A DNA stretch of 63,428 bases, filler included. It is 6 parts of 6 records of this genome, joined end to end, with 100 filler letters (N's around TTAATTAATTAA, not from the genome) between each part and the next. Parts side by side here need not be neighbours in the genome. Positions count along the whole stretch, not along the records: positions 1 to 12,477 come from DRR723986_2354; positions 12,578 to 30,392 come from DRR723986_2357; 4 more parts are not named here. The stretch is one strand, 5' to 3'. The translations under genes and the position numbers were made by a program. Each line of letters opens with the position of its first letter. Position 1 is the stretch's first letter. The notes beneath the pieces are model-generated. The model ran no database searches and was not told where the DNA came from. It saw only the letters and a list, made by a program, of their open reading frames with translations. This document shows positions 8,403 through 18,542 of the stretch, in pieces.

Positions 8403-9263
8403 ATGATGGAAAAAACCATAATAACCTGTGACGACGGCTATCGGCTCACCGGGCATTTTTTCAGACCAGCAACAGACGTTCCTCGCGGTGCCGTTCTCAT
8501 CGCCCCCGCCACCGGGTTTCGACATCAAGTCTATTTCAGTTTTGCGACCTGGCTGAGCGAGCAAGGCTTCGCCGTGCTGACGTTTTCCAACAGAGGCATT
8601 GGGGATTCTCGCAACGGTATCCCTCTAGCTGAGATCTCTGGCGACCTGGTCGACTGGGGTTCGCTGGACCTGCCGGCCGCGCTGGAGGAACTCATCGCCC
8701 TCGCACCAGGTCTGCCGGTAAGCCTTGTTGGCCATAGCGCCGGTGCGCAGTTGATCGGTTTAATGCCCAACTTCGCTCAAATAGACAGCTACGTTCTGAT
8801 TGCAGCATCGTCAGGCCATTTCGATAACCTGAAACTGAAAACAAAGCTGGCCGCCAAACTACTGTTCCACGGTTGGCAACCGCTCTCCGTTGCAGTCAAA
8901 GGATACTGGCCGACCAAAATTATCGGTTTCGGTGAGGATCTTCCCGCCGGTGTCGCCAGGCAATGGCGACAGTGGTGCCGTTCGCCAGGGTACGTAGAAA
9001 ACAGTTTTGGAGAGGAAATAAGGCAGCATCACTATGCGGATATAAAAGCCCCCGTGCTGTCGCTAACCGCAACAGATGACCACATTGCCGTGCCTGCAAA
9101 CGTGGAAGACTTTCTGCGCCTGCTGCCCAACGCCCAGATAAAAAAACATTTCTTGGAACCAGGCAGTTTTGGCCTGAAAGACATTGGCCACAGCGACTTG
9201 TTGCGTAGCCGCTGTAAAGCCTGTTGGCCGCAGACTCTAGAGGGCCTGGCGTCAACATACTGA
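8403..9263 (+). CDS. alpha/beta-fold hydrolase
   Basis: GHSAG nucleophile elbow, TDDHIA acid, IGH catalytic His. Confidence 0.88.
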   Translation: MMEKTIITCDDGYRLTGHFFRPATDVPRGAVLIAPATGFRHQVYFSFATWLSEQGFAVLTFSNRGIGDSRNGIPLAEISGDLVDWGSLDLPAALEELIALAPGLPVSLVGHSAGAQLIGLMPNFAQIDSYVLIAASSGHFDNLKLKTKLAAKLLFHGWQPLSVAVKGYWPTKIIGFGEDLPAGVARQWRQWCRSPGYVENSFGEEIRQHHYADIKAPVLSLTATDDHIAVPANVEDFLRLLPNAQIKKHFLEPGSFGLKDIGHSDLLRSRCKACWPQTLEGLASTY

Positions 9264-9272
9264 GTGAGCTGG

Positions 9273-12200
9273 CTATCCGTGGTACGAAATTCTCATCAGC
9301 GTGCAGTACACCACTGGTAGCACCACTAACGTCAATATCGTTGCAACACCCAAACCGAACACGATAACCACCGCCATGCTCGCGAAGAAGGCATCGCTGA
9401 ACAGAGGAATCATTCCCAACATGGTGGTTACGGCCGCCATTAGCACAGGTCGTACCCGGCTTACCGCGGCCTCAACCACCGCGGTGAATGCATCATCCTG
9501 CTGTTCTACCTGAATCTTGATCTCCTCAACCAGCACAATGGCATTCTTCAGTACCATACCGATCAGACTCAGAGTCCCGAGCAGTGCCATGAACGTAAAG
9601 GGTGCGCCGAGCAATACCAGTCCACCAATGATTCCAATCATCATGAGAGGAACAATTATCCAGATCGAGAGAGCCTGTCGGAAGCTGCCGAACAACAGCA
9701 TCGAGATAATGAACATGCCGAGCAGTCCAAGAGGCAGCGAGGAGAAAAGCGAAGTCTGCGCCTCGGTTGAGGTCTCGTACTCTCCACCCCACTCAATCGA
9801 ATAGCCGTAGGGAAGCTCCAGCGCGTCGACCTGCGGGCGGATCCTCTCCAGCACACTCGCCGCTGTCTCCCCCGATAAAGGCATGGGTTCGGCATAAACC
9901 GCCAACATCCGCTCCCTGTTTCTGCGCTTTATCAGCGGGTCCCGCAGTTCCGTATTGATGGCATTGATGACGTTGCCTGCGCTGACATAGCGGCCCTGCT
10001 CTTCACTCCAGACATTGATCGAGGTAAGGTTTTCGATATCAAAACGCTGCTCCTCTCTTGACCGCATAATGATCGGAATGAGGTCGCTCCCCTCACGGTA
10101 CACTCCAACCTGCTGCCCCTGATTATTCAGCAACAACGCCTGGTGCAGTGATTCGCGAGATACGCCAAGGCGCCGGGCCTGTTCTTCGAGGAACTCCGGT
10201 ACGATCACGGCTTCCCGATTACCCCAGGACAAGCGCACGCTGTCGGCCAGAGGTTCATTTTCAAAAATTGCCTGCACGCGCGCACCGATTTTCCGGAGTT
10301 CTTCGGGATCTTCTCCAAAGATACGAGCTTCGAGACTGGCTTTGGCTGAGGGCCCCACCTGCAAAGCCTGCACTTTGTAATGAACGTTCGGGAAGTCTGT
10401 ACGCAGTTGCTGAATGACTTCCTCCATACGCGCCTCTCTCGACGCCTTGTCCCGGGTCTCTACGATCAATTGGCCAAAACTGGCGTATCGCTGCTCCGGT
10501 GAATACGTCAACGTAAAACGCTGGGCTCCGCCGCCGGTGACACTGGTCACCTGGACAACCTGGTCCATTGCATTCATGCGCGATTCCAGCCGCTTCACGG
10601 TCTCTTCGGTTTGCAAGATGTCGGTCCCTTCGGGCAACCACAAATCAACAAAAAAGAGTGGCGTTGTGGCATTCGGGAAGAAAGCATTCTTCACCTGTCC
10701 CGAGAACGATAGAACCCCAGCCAGAAGCGCGATGGCAAGTGTTAATGTCACGAAGCGATAATGAATTGCGTAGGTCAGCAGGCGGCGGAAGACGACGAAG
10801 ACAATTCCCTTATAGGGGTCGTTATCGGATGACTGCCCGACACTCTCGAGCTTGTCGGGATAGAACATATCAAAGAAAAACGGGGTCAGAGTGAGTGCTG
10901 TCAGCCAGCTCAGGAAAAGCGAGTAGCACAGAACCCAGAACAGGGAGCCAATGAATTCACCGGTGGTGTCTGGCGATAGGCCGATAGGAGCAAAGGCCGT
11001 AATGGCAATCACGGTAGCGCCGAGCAGCGGGTACCGATTCTGCGAGACCACTTCTTTGGCTGTCTGCCTTTTGGACTTGCCCTTGGAAAGGCCAATCATC
11101 ATGCCCTCGGTGACGACGATGGCATTATCGACCAGCATCCCCAGCGCAATGATCAGCGCACCCAATGAAATCTTCTGGAGCTGAATACCGTGTATTGCCA
11201 TAAGCACGAATGTACCCATGATGGTAATCAGCAGGATCAGCCCCATGAGCAGGCCACTTCGCAGCCCCATGAACAGCAAAAGCACAATAATGACAATGCC
11301 CACCGCCTGGGCAAGGTTCATGAGAAAAGCAGATACTGCCTCCTCGACTACTTCAGGCTGGTTATACACTGTGTTCAGTGTCATACCGATGGGTTGCTGT
11401 TTTTCCAGGCGTTTCAAAGCCTCATTGAGACGCTCACCTACATCAACAACGTTGGTGCCCTCTGCAAATGACACGCCGATGGTCAAAGCAGGCAATCCTT
11501 CAGAATGGTAAAGCAAGGCGGGTGAGTCATTGGTCACCCTGCGAACTTCGGCCAGATCGCTGAGCCGGATAATACCCGAATCAGCGCTTCCAACTGCCAG
11601 TTGCTCAAGTGCCTGAACGGAATCAAGCTGACCGGTTGGCTGAACGGATAACGACAGTCCCTCACTGCGCAGGTGGCCCGCGTTGCCTACCGTATTCTGC
11701 GCATTCAGAAGGCTCGCCAGGTATTCTGGCGATATGCCAAGAGCACGCATACGGTCACGGTCCAGGGACACGATCATCTGCTCGTCGACACGGCCGCCGA
11801 TACTGACTTTTGCGACGCCCTCCAGTAATCGCAGTTCTCTCTGAATGAGATCCGCATGGTCACCAAGATCTTTCAGCGAGTAGCCGTCGCCACGCAACGT
11901 GAGCAGCAGGCCGAAGACATCGCCAAAGTCATCGTTCACGATGGACGTGTTCACGCCTGGTGGCAGACCAGGCTGGGCATCATTAATCTTTCGCCGGAGG
12001 ATATCCCAATACTGGTCTAACTCCCCTTCTCTGACCGTCTTCTTGAGCTGGACAGTAATCTGCGACAAGCCGTCCGAGTTCACCGAAGTAATGTCATCGA
12101 TGCCCGGCATCTGCTGGATCGCTTTTTCCAGAGGCAGCGTAACCTCCTCCTCGACTTCAAGAGGCGTTGCTCCGGGATATTGGGTGGTCACCAAGGCGGA

Positions 12201-12323
12201 ACGTAACGTGAACTCCGGGAATTCAAGCTGGCCGAGACCCAGAAACGCGAACATGCCCCCAACCCCAAGCAACAGCGTGACCATCCAGCTGATGGACTTC
12301 CGATCAAGAAAATAATCGACCAT
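9273..12323 (-). CDS. RND efflux permease (AcrB/AcrD/AcrF family)
   Basis: 1016 aa; YPGATPLEVE, LGMLVDNAIVV, RVRPVLM motifs. Confidence 0.95.
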   Translation of the reverse strand: MVDYFLDRKSISWMVTLLLGVGGMFAFLGLGQLEFPEFTLRSALVTTQYPGATPLEVEEEVTLPLEKAIQQMPGIDDITSVNSDGLSQITVQLKKTVREGELDQYWDILRRKINDAQPGLPPGVNTSIVNDDFGDVFGLLLTLRGDGYSLKDLGDHADLIQRELRLLEGVAKVSIGGRVDEQMIVSLDRDRMRALGISPEYLASLLNAQNTVGNAGHLRSEGLSLSVQPTGQLDSVQALEQLAVGSADSGIIRLSDLAEVRRVTNDSPALLYHSEGLPALTIGVSFAEGTNVVDVGERLNEALKRLEKQQPIGMTLNTVYNQPEVVEEAVSAFLMNLAQAVGIVIIVLLLFMGLRSGLLMGLILLITIMGTFVLMAIHGIQLQKISLGALIIALGMLVDNAIVVTEGMMIGLSKGKSKRQTAKEVVSQNRYPLLGATVIAITAFAPIGLSPDTTGEFIGSLFWVLCYSLFLSWLTALTLTPFFFDMFYPDKLESVGQSSDNDPYKGIVFVVFRRLLTYAIHYRFVTLTLAIALLAGVLSFSGQVKNAFFPNATTPLFFVDLWLPEGTDILQTEETVKRLESRMNAMDQVVQVTSVTGGGAQRFTLTYSPEQRYASFGQLIVETRDKASREARMEEVIQQLRTDFPNVHYKVQALQVGPSAKASLEARIFGEDPEELRKIGARVQAIFENEPLADSVRLSWGNREAVIVPEFLEEQARRLGVSRESLHQALLLNNQGQQVGVYREGSDLIPIIMRSREEQRFDIENLTSINVWSEEQGRYVSAGNVINAINTELRDPLIKRRNRERMLAVYAEPMPLSGETAASVLERIRPQVDALELPYGYSIEWGGEYETSTEAQTSLFSSLPLGLLGMFIISMLLFGSFRQALSIWIIVPLMMIGIIGGLVLLGAPFTFMALLGTLSLIGMVLKNAIVLVEEIKIQVEQQDDAFTAVVEAAVSRVRPVLMAAVTTMLGMIPLFSDAFFASMAVVIVFGLGVATILTLVVLPVVYCTLMRISYHG

Positions 12324-12324
12324 C

Positions 12325-12477
12325 TCAGAGCCCGCCCTCTTTTTCCCAGGGACGGACCGAACGATCCCTGTTCATCCGGTGAGCGCCGGCAACCACGATT
12401 CTGTCGCCCGGGCTGAGCTCTCCCCGAACAAGCACGCCATCGTTCATTTTCTTACCCGGCTCGACATCCACCGGCTC
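12325..12477 (-). CDS. RND periplasmic adaptor (MFP), C-terminal fragment
   Basis: Read by hand: EPVDVEPGKKMNDGVLVRGELSPGDRIVVAGAHRMNRDRSVRPWEKEGGL*, directly upstream of the RND gene. Confidence 0.8.
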   Translation of the reverse strand, partial: EPVDVEPGKKMNDGVLVRGELSPGDRIVVAGAHRMNRDRSVRPWEKEGGL

Positions 12478-12577
12478 NNNNNNNNNNNNNNNNNNNNNNN
12501 NNNNNNNNNNNNNNNNNNNNNTTAATTAATTAANNNNNNNNNNNNNNNNNNNNNNNNNNNNNNNNNNNNNNNNNNNN
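12478..12577. other. artificial contig spacer
   Basis: 44N + TTAATTAATTAA (stops in all six frames) + 44N. Confidence 0.98.
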
Positions 12578-12995
12578 GACGCAGTTTTCCGAAACCGAAG
12601 ACGGGCGGTATATGCTAACCCTTAGTGGTATTTCGCGGTTTCGCATTGTGAACGAGGTGCAGGGGTTTACCCCCTACAGGCGGTGCAGCGTCTCTTGGCA
12701 GGGTTTCGAGCGCGACAGCGGCGGCGAAGACCACGACACAGCCTTTGACCGCGAGGCGCTGTTTCGCCTGCTGACGCGCTATTTCAACGCCCGCGGCCTG
12801 CAGGCCGATTGGGACACGCTGCGCGCCGCAGAGGATGAATTGTTGATCAATTCGCTTGCGATGCTACTGGATTTCGACCCAGAAGACAAACAAGCCCTGC
12901 TCGAGGCGCCCTGCCTGCAGACGCGGCGTGAAACCTTGATGGGTTTGGTGGAATTTGCGCTGCGCGGTGGCGATGGCGATGAGGTGATGCAATGA
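12578..12995 (+). CDS. LON peptidase substrate-binding-domain protein, 5' truncated
   Basis: [23 protein letters not shown]...EDKQALLEA; precedes the Trm112-family gene. Confidence 0.85.
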
Positions 12996-13186
12996 GCACA
13001 GCAGAATTTGACCGCCGCATGATAGAGGCCCTGATCTGCCCCCGCAGCGGCGCCAGCCTCGAATATGACGCCACCCGCCAAGAGCTGGTATCAAAAGCCG
13101 CAGGCCTGGCCTACCCGATCCGCAACGGCATACCGATCATGCTGATCGACGAGGCCCGCACATTAGAAGAGGCCCCCAGCGCCTAA
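12992..13186 (+). CDS. Trm112/YcaR-family protein
   Basis: LICP...[18 protein letters not shown]. Confidence 0.9.
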   Translation: MSTAEFDRRMIEALICPRSGASLEYDATRQELVSKAAGLAYPIRNGIPIMLIDEARTLEEAPSA

Positions 13187-13196
13187 GCGCGGTGTG

Positions 13197-13736
13197 TCAG
13201 CCAGATTTGCTGATTTTTGCCAATAAGCGCGCGGCGTTGGGCACCTCGAATTTACGCAAAAGCCGCGCGCGCACATCCTCGATTGTGCGGGGCGACAGGC
13301 CCAGTTTCAGCGCAATTTCTTTCGATGTCAGCCCGCGTGCCAGCCATGTTAGCACGTCGCGTTCGCGCGGTGTCAGGTTGGGGCCACTGTTTTGTGCGTT
13401 GGGGGCAAAGCTAAGCACCATGCGCGCCAGCGGGTCTTCGGGGGTTAGGCTGCGGGCGCGAAACCGGCACCATTTTGTGCTGCCATCGGCGACGCGCAGC
13501 AACCGTTCGTCTGAATAGGCGCCCTGTTTGCGCAGCGCCTCCAGGCCAATGTTGCGCACTTGTTCGAATTCGGCATCTGACGAATAAAACAGGCGAAAAC
13601 TTTGCCCGATCAAATCGGCCTCTTCATACCCTGTCAGCGCGCAAAACGTGCTGTTGCACACGCGTATCACGCGGTTTTCGGTCAGCACCAGCCCAACGGG
13701 CGCGGCTTCGAATGCGATGCGATAAAGGTCTTCCAT
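13197..13736 (-). CDS. PAS + LuxR-type HTH regulator
   Basis: PAS (NSTFCALTGYEEADLIGQS); HTH LTPRERDVL...GLTSKEIA...LSPRTIE. Confidence 0.88.
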   Translation of the reverse strand: MEDLYRIAFEAAPVGLVLTENRVIRVCNSTFCALTGYEEADLIGQSFRLFYSSDAEFEQVRNIGLEALRKQGAYSDERLLRVADGSTKWCRFRARSLTPEDPLARMVLSFAPNAQNSGPNLTPRERDVLTWLARGLTSKEIALKLGLSPRTIEDVRARLLRKFEVPNAARLLAKISKSG

Positions 13737-13824
13737 AGGGATCCGTGTTGATACGGTATTGGCGCCGTAATATTGGGCCAGCATGATACGCCTGCACCCG
13801 AAGAGCAAGAGGCGCCGAACAGTG

Positions 13825-15117
13825 ATGCCCGACAAATTGATTGCCGAAATCGAAAATCGCCGCGATGCGCTGATTGCCCTTACCCAGGATCTGGTGCGCA
13901 TTCCCACGCTGAACCCCCCTGGCGATAACTATCTTGAGATTTGCGAATACCTGGCCAAGCGGCTGAAAAAAAGCGGCTTTGCGATCGAGCTGGTGCGCGC
14001 CCATGGCGCCCCGGGTGACAGCGATGCCTACCCCCGCTGGAATGTGGTGGCCCGCCGCGAGGGCAACCGCCCCGGCGAATGCGTGCATTTCAACAGCCAT
14101 ATTGATGTGGTCGAAGTGGGCCGCGGTTGGACAACCGACCCCTTTGGTGGCGCCTTGATCGACGGCAAAATCTATGGCCGCGGCACATGCGACATGAAAG
14201 GTGGCCTGGCCGCCAGCATTATCGCAGCCGAGGCATTTTTGGCCGTCACGCCCGAATTCGCGGGCGCCATCGAAATTAGCGGCACGGCCGACGAGGAATC
14301 GGGCGGTTTTGGTGGCGTGGCCTATCTGGCGGAAAAGGGCTTTTTCAGCCCCAGCCGGGTGCAGCATGTGATCATTCCCGAGCCGTTGAACAAAGATCAA
14401 ATTTGCCTTGGGCACCGTGGCGTATGGTGGGCCGAAATTGAAACCCATGGCGAAATTGCCCATGGGTCGATGCCGTTTCTGGGCGATTGTGCGGTGCGCC
14501 ACATGGGCGCTGTGATGCACGAGATGGAGCGCAGCCTGTTTCCCGCCCTGGCCGAAAAGCGCACAGAAATGCCCGTCGTGCCCGAAGGCGCGCGGCAATC
14601 GACGCTGAACATCAACTCGATCCATGGCGGCGAGCCGGTGCAGCCCGCAGATTATACCGGCCTGCCCAGCCCTTGTGTGCCGGACAGTTGCAAAATGGTG
14701 ATCGACCGGCGCTTTTTGATCGAAGAAAACATCGATGATGTGCAGCAAGAGATCCACCAAGTGCTGCAAACCGTCCAATCGCAGCGCCCCGATTTCCGCT
14801 ATGATATCCGCGAAATTCAGCGGGTCTTGCCCACGATGACCGATAAAAGCGCGCCAGTGGTGCAAACTGTGGCGCAGTCGATCGGGCAGATTTTGGGCCG
14901 CGATCCGCGCTATGTGGTCAGCCCCGGCACCTATGACCAAAAACATATCGATCGCATCGGGCGGCTCAGCAATTGTATTGCCTATGGGCCGGGTATTTTG
15001 GATCTTGCCCATAAGCCAGATGAATACGTGGGCGTTGATGACATGATCGATAGTGCCAAGGTGATGGCCCTTGCGCTGCACAAGTTGCTATGCCCCACTG
15101 CGCAGGCGCTTGATTAA
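13825..15117 (+). CDS. M20 peptidase, acetylornithine deacetylase/succinyl-diaminopimelate desuccinylase family
   Basis: NSHIDVV, GRGTCDMKGG, DEESGG, AHKPDEY. Confidence 0.9.
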   Translation: MPDKLIAEIENRRDALIALTQDLVRIPTLNPPGDNYLEICEYLAKRLKKSGFAIELVRAHGAPGDSDAYPRWNVVARREGNRPGECVHFNSHIDVVEVGRGWTTDPFGGALIDGKIYGRGTCDMKGGLAASIIAAEAFLAVTPEFAGAIEISGTADEESGGFGGVAYLAEKGFFSPSRVQHVIIPEPLNKDQICLGHRGVWWAEIETHGEIAHGSMPFLGDCAVRHMGAVMHEMERSLFPALAEKRTEMPVVPEGARQSTLNINSIHGGEPVQPADYTGLPSPCVPDSCKMVIDRRFLIEENIDDVQQEIHQVLQTVQSQRPDFRYDIREIQRVLPTMTDKSAPVVQTVAQSIGQILGRDPRYVVSPGTYDQKHIDRIGRLSNCIAYGPGILDLAHKPDEYVGVDDMIDSAKVMALALHKLLCPTAQALD

Positions 15118-15186
15118 AGGCACAAATACGGGGAAACTGCCCATGGGCGCAGCCGCTGGGCTGGCCGTTATTGCAGGGAGAAGGCG

Positions 15187-16671
15187 ATGTTTGCGGGATG
15201 GTATAAAAAAGGTGCGCTGGCGGCAGCAGCCCTTGTGGCAGCGATGGGGATGGCCGAGGCCAAAACCGATATCATAGTGGGTATGCAGCTAGAGCCGCCC
15301 CATCTTGACCCAACCAGCGCCGCCGCGGGCGCCATTGACAGCGTGCTTTATTCTAACGTCTTCGAAGGGCTGACGCGCTTTATGTCGGATGGCTCGGTTG
15401 TGCCGGGGCTGGCCGAAAGCTGGGAAATCTCGGGCGATGGCACGGTTTATACCTTCAAGCTGCGCGCTGGCGTTAAATTTCACGATGGCACCGATTTCAC
15501 CGCAGATGACGTGAAATTCAGCCTTGATCGCGCCCGCGCCGAAGACAGCCAGAACGCGCAAAAAGCCCTGTTTTCAGGCATTACCGATGTGGCGGTGATT
15601 GATCCGCTGACAGTGCAGGTCACGCTGGGCGCGCCCAATGGGGCATTTTTGTTCAATATGGCATGGGGCGACGCGGTGATCGTGGCGCCGGAATCCATCG
15701 AGACGATCAAAACCAACCCGGTGGGCACCGGTGCGTTTCAATTTGCCAATTGGGTGCAGGGCGATCGCATCGATCTGGTGAAAAACCCCGCCTATTGGGG
15801 CACCCCGGCCAAGCTGGAGCGCGCAACATTTAAATTCATCAGCGATCCCACCGCGGCCTTTGCGGCGGTGATGGCCGAAGATGTGCATGCTTTTGCAGGC
15901 TTTCCAGCCCCCGAAAACCTGCCCCAGTTTGATGCCGATCCGCGGTTTCAGGTTTTGGTAGGCTCGACCGAGGGCGAAACGATTTTATCGACCAACAACA
16001 AAATGCCGCCCTTTGATAACCTGATGGTGCGCAAGGCAGTGGCCCATGCCATCGATCGCCAAGCCATTATCGATGGCGCGATGTTTGGCTATGGCACCCC
16101 CATCGGCACGCATTTTGCCCCCCATAACCCCGATTATGTGGATTTGACCGCGCAAAGCGCCTATGACCCGGAGCAGGCGAAAAAACTGCTGGCCGAGGCC
16201 GGTTTTCCAGATGGGTTTAAAACCACGCTGAAACTGCCCCCGCCCTCGTATGCGCGCCGCGGTGGCGAGATTATCGCAGCCCAGCTGCGTGCTGTGGGGA
16301 TCGAGGCGGAAATCAGCAACCTGGAATGGCCGCAATGGCTGGAGCAGGTGTTCCGCGGCAAGGATTATGGCCTGACCATCGTCAGCCATACCGAGCCTGC
16401 AGATATCAATATCTATGCGCGGCCCGAGTATTATTTCCAATATGACAACCCCGCATTCCAGAAATTGATGTCCGATCTGACCAACACAACAGACCCGGCA
16501 GCGCGCAGCGCCATGTTGAAAACCGCCCAGACCATCATCGCAGATGATTACGTGAACGGGTATTTGTTCCAGCTGGCGGCCCTGAGTGTGGCCAATGCGA
16601 AAATTGATGGGCTATGGGCCAATGCCCCAACCCAGGCCACAGATCTAACTGCGGTTTATTGGAAAGACTAA
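15187..16671 (+). CDS. ABC transporter substrate-binding protein (peptide/nickel family 5)
   Basis: Signal peptide; LAESWEIS.DG.VYTFKLR.GVKFHDG signature. Confidence 0.93.
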   Translation: MFAGWYKKGALAAAALVAAMGMAEAKTDIIVGMQLEPPHLDPTSAAAGAIDSVLYSNVFEGLTRFMSDGSVVPGLAESWEISGDGTVYTFKLRAGVKFHDGTDFTADDVKFSLDRARAEDSQNAQKALFSGITDVAVIDPLTVQVTLGAPNGAFLFNMAWGDAVIVAPESIETIKTNPVGTGAFQFANWVQGDRIDLVKNPAYWGTPAKLERATFKFISDPTAAFAAVMAEDVHAFAGFPAPENLPQFDADPRFQVLVGSTEGETILSTNNKMPPFDNLMVRKAVAHAIDRQAIIDGAMFGYGTPIGTHFAPHNPDYVDLTAQSAYDPEQAKKLLAEAGFPDGFKTTLKLPPPSYARRGGEIIAAQLRAVGIEAEISNLEWPQWLEQVFRGKDYGLTIVSHTEPADINIYARPEYYFQYDNPAFQKLMSDLTNTTDPAARSAMLKTAQTIIADDYVNGYLFQLAALSVANAKIDGLWANAPTQATDLTAVYWKD

Positions 16672-16732
16672 ACAGCGGCGGCGCCTGGCCTGGCATGCGG
16701 GCGCCTTCGGCGAGAGTATTTGCAGCAAGATG

Positions 16733-16763
16733 AAAGGGGGAGGGGCGGCCCTTCCCCTTTTTT
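16733..16763 (+). terminator. intra-operon terminator/stabilising hairpin
   Basis: AAAGGGGGAGGG/CCCTTCCCCTTT stem plus T run between the SBP and permease genes. Confidence 0.6.
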
Positions 16764-16782
16764 ACGGAGAGGCAGGCGGGCA

Positions 16783-17730
16783 GTGCTGCAATTTTTCTTG
16801 AAACGGCTTATGGCGCTGGTGCTGACGCTGGTGGTGGCCTCGGGGGTGATTTTCCTGTGCCTTGAAATCGTGCCGGGCGATCCGGCGCTGTATATGCTGG
16901 GGCTGAATGCGCAAGAGGATACGCTGGCGGCCCTGCGCGCCGAGTTGGGCCTGGATATGGGGCCGCTGGCGCGCTATTGGGCCTGGGTATCTGGCATGGT
17001 TGTGGGGGATTTTGGCATTTCCTACACCTATCGCACGCCGGTGGCCGAGATGGTGGCAGAGCGGCTGAAAGTCAGCCTGCCGCTGGCGGTTTATGCGCTG
17101 ACATTATCGACGGCGATTGCGTTTCCTGCAGGTATTTGGGCGGCGTCGCGGCGGGGCCGGGGTGCCGATATTGCTGTGATGGGTGTCACCCAGCTGGGGG
17201 TGGCGATACCGAATTTTTGGTTTGCCATGCTGATGGTGCTGGTGTTTGCCATTCAGTTGCGTTGGTTTAATGCGGGTGGTTTTGCCGGCTGGGAGGCAGG
17301 GGTGGGGCCCGCCCTGAAAAGCCTGACATTGCCGGCCATTGCGCTGGCTTTGCCGCAGGCCTCGATTTTGGCGCGGGTGATGCGCTCGGCCTTGTTGGAA
17401 AGTTTGAACGAAGATTATGTGCGCACTGCCCGTGCCAAAGGCTTGAGCCGCGGGCAGGCGCTGTGGCGGCATGCGCTGCGCAATGCGCTGATACCGGTGT
17501 TAACAATCATCGGGTTGCAATTTGCCTTTTTGATGGCAGGGGCGATCATTATCGAGAATGTGTTTTATCTGCCAGGGTTGGGGCGGCTTGTGTTTCAGGC
17601 GATCAGCGCACGGGACTTGATTGTGGTGGAATCGGTGGTGATGCTGCTGGTTTTTGCCGTGGTTGTGGTGAATTTTCTGGTGGATATCGCCTATGCCATA
17701 GTGGACCCACGGCTGCGGGGGCAGGTATGA
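16783..17730 (+). CDS. ABC permease (DppB-like)
   Basis: GTG start; PGDPA; EDYVRTARAKGL...HALRNALIP EAA loop. Confidence 0.92.
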   Translation: MLQFFLKRLMALVLTLVVASGVIFLCLEIVPGDPALYMLGLNAQEDTLAALRAELGLDMGPLARYWAWVSGMVVGDFGISYTYRTPVAEMVAERLKVSLPLAVYALTLSTAIAFPAGIWAASRRGRGADIAVMGVTQLGVAIPNFWFAMLMVLVFAIQLRWFNAGGFAGWEAGVGPALKSLTLPAIALALPQASILARVMRSALLESLNEDYVRTARAKGLSRGQALWRHALRNALIPVLTIIGLQFAFLMAGAIIIENVFYLPGLGRLVFQAISARDLIVVESVVMLLVFAVVVVNFLVDIAYAIVDPRLRGQV

Positions 17731-18542
17731 GCCTGCGTAACCTGATCATTGGGGGCACCCTTTCGGGGGTGTTTTTGCTGGCGGCACTGCTGAGCTTTCT
17801 TTGGGTGCCCCAGGATGTGACGCAACTGGATATTGCCAATAAAATTCGCCCGCCATCGGCTGGGCATTGGTTGGGCACCGACCATTATGGGCGCGATATT
17901 TTGTCGATGATCATGGTCGGGGCGCGCACCTCGATTGCGGTGGCGTTGGTTGCGGTGGGCATTGGCATGGGGCTGGGGGTGCCCCTGGGGCTGGCGGCGG
18001 CGGCGCGCCATGGCGGGTGGTTGGACGAGGCCATTATGCGGGGCAATGATTTGGTCTTTGCTTTTCCCTCGTTGTTGATTGCCATCATGATTACCGCGAT
18101 TTTTGGTGCCTCGGCGGTGAATGCGATCATTGCGATCGGCATTTTCAACATACCGGTCTTTGCCCGGCTTACGCGTTCGGGGGCGCTGTCGTTGTGGCGG
18201 CGCGATTTTATTTTGGCCGCGCAAGTGGCGGGTAAGGGCGCTGTGCGCATCAGCGTTGAACATATTTTGCCCAATGTGACCAACCTGTTGATCGTGCAGG
18301 GCACCATTCAGTTCAGCCTTGGCATTTTGGCCGAAGCGGGCTTGTCCTATGTGGGCTTGGGGGCGCAACCGCCGACGCCCAGCTGGGGGCGGATGCTGGC
18401 CGATAGCCAAACCATGGTTAGTTTTGCCCCGCATATGGCCTTGTTTCCGGGCATGGCAATTTTGCTGACGGTCTTGGGCCTGAACCTGTTGGGGGATGGG
18501 TTGCGCGATATGCTAGACCCTAGGCTGCGGAGGCTGAGATGA
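17727..18542 (+). CDS. ABC permease (DppC-like)
   Basis: HWLGTDHYGRD, HILPN, PPTPSWG. Confidence 0.92.
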   Translation: MSLRNLIIGGTLSGVFLLAALLSFLWVPQDVTQLDIANKIRPPSAGHWLGTDHYGRDILSMIMVGARTSIAVALVAVGIGMGLGVPLGLAAAARHGGWLDEAIMRGNDLVFAFPSLLIAIMITAIFGASAVNAIIAIGIFNIPVFARLTRSGALSLWRRDFILAAQVAGKGAVRISVEHILPNVTNLLIVQGTIQFSLGILAEAGLSYVGLGAQPPTPSWGRMLADSQTMVSFAPHMALFPGMAILLTVLGLNLLGDGLRDMLDPRLRRLR

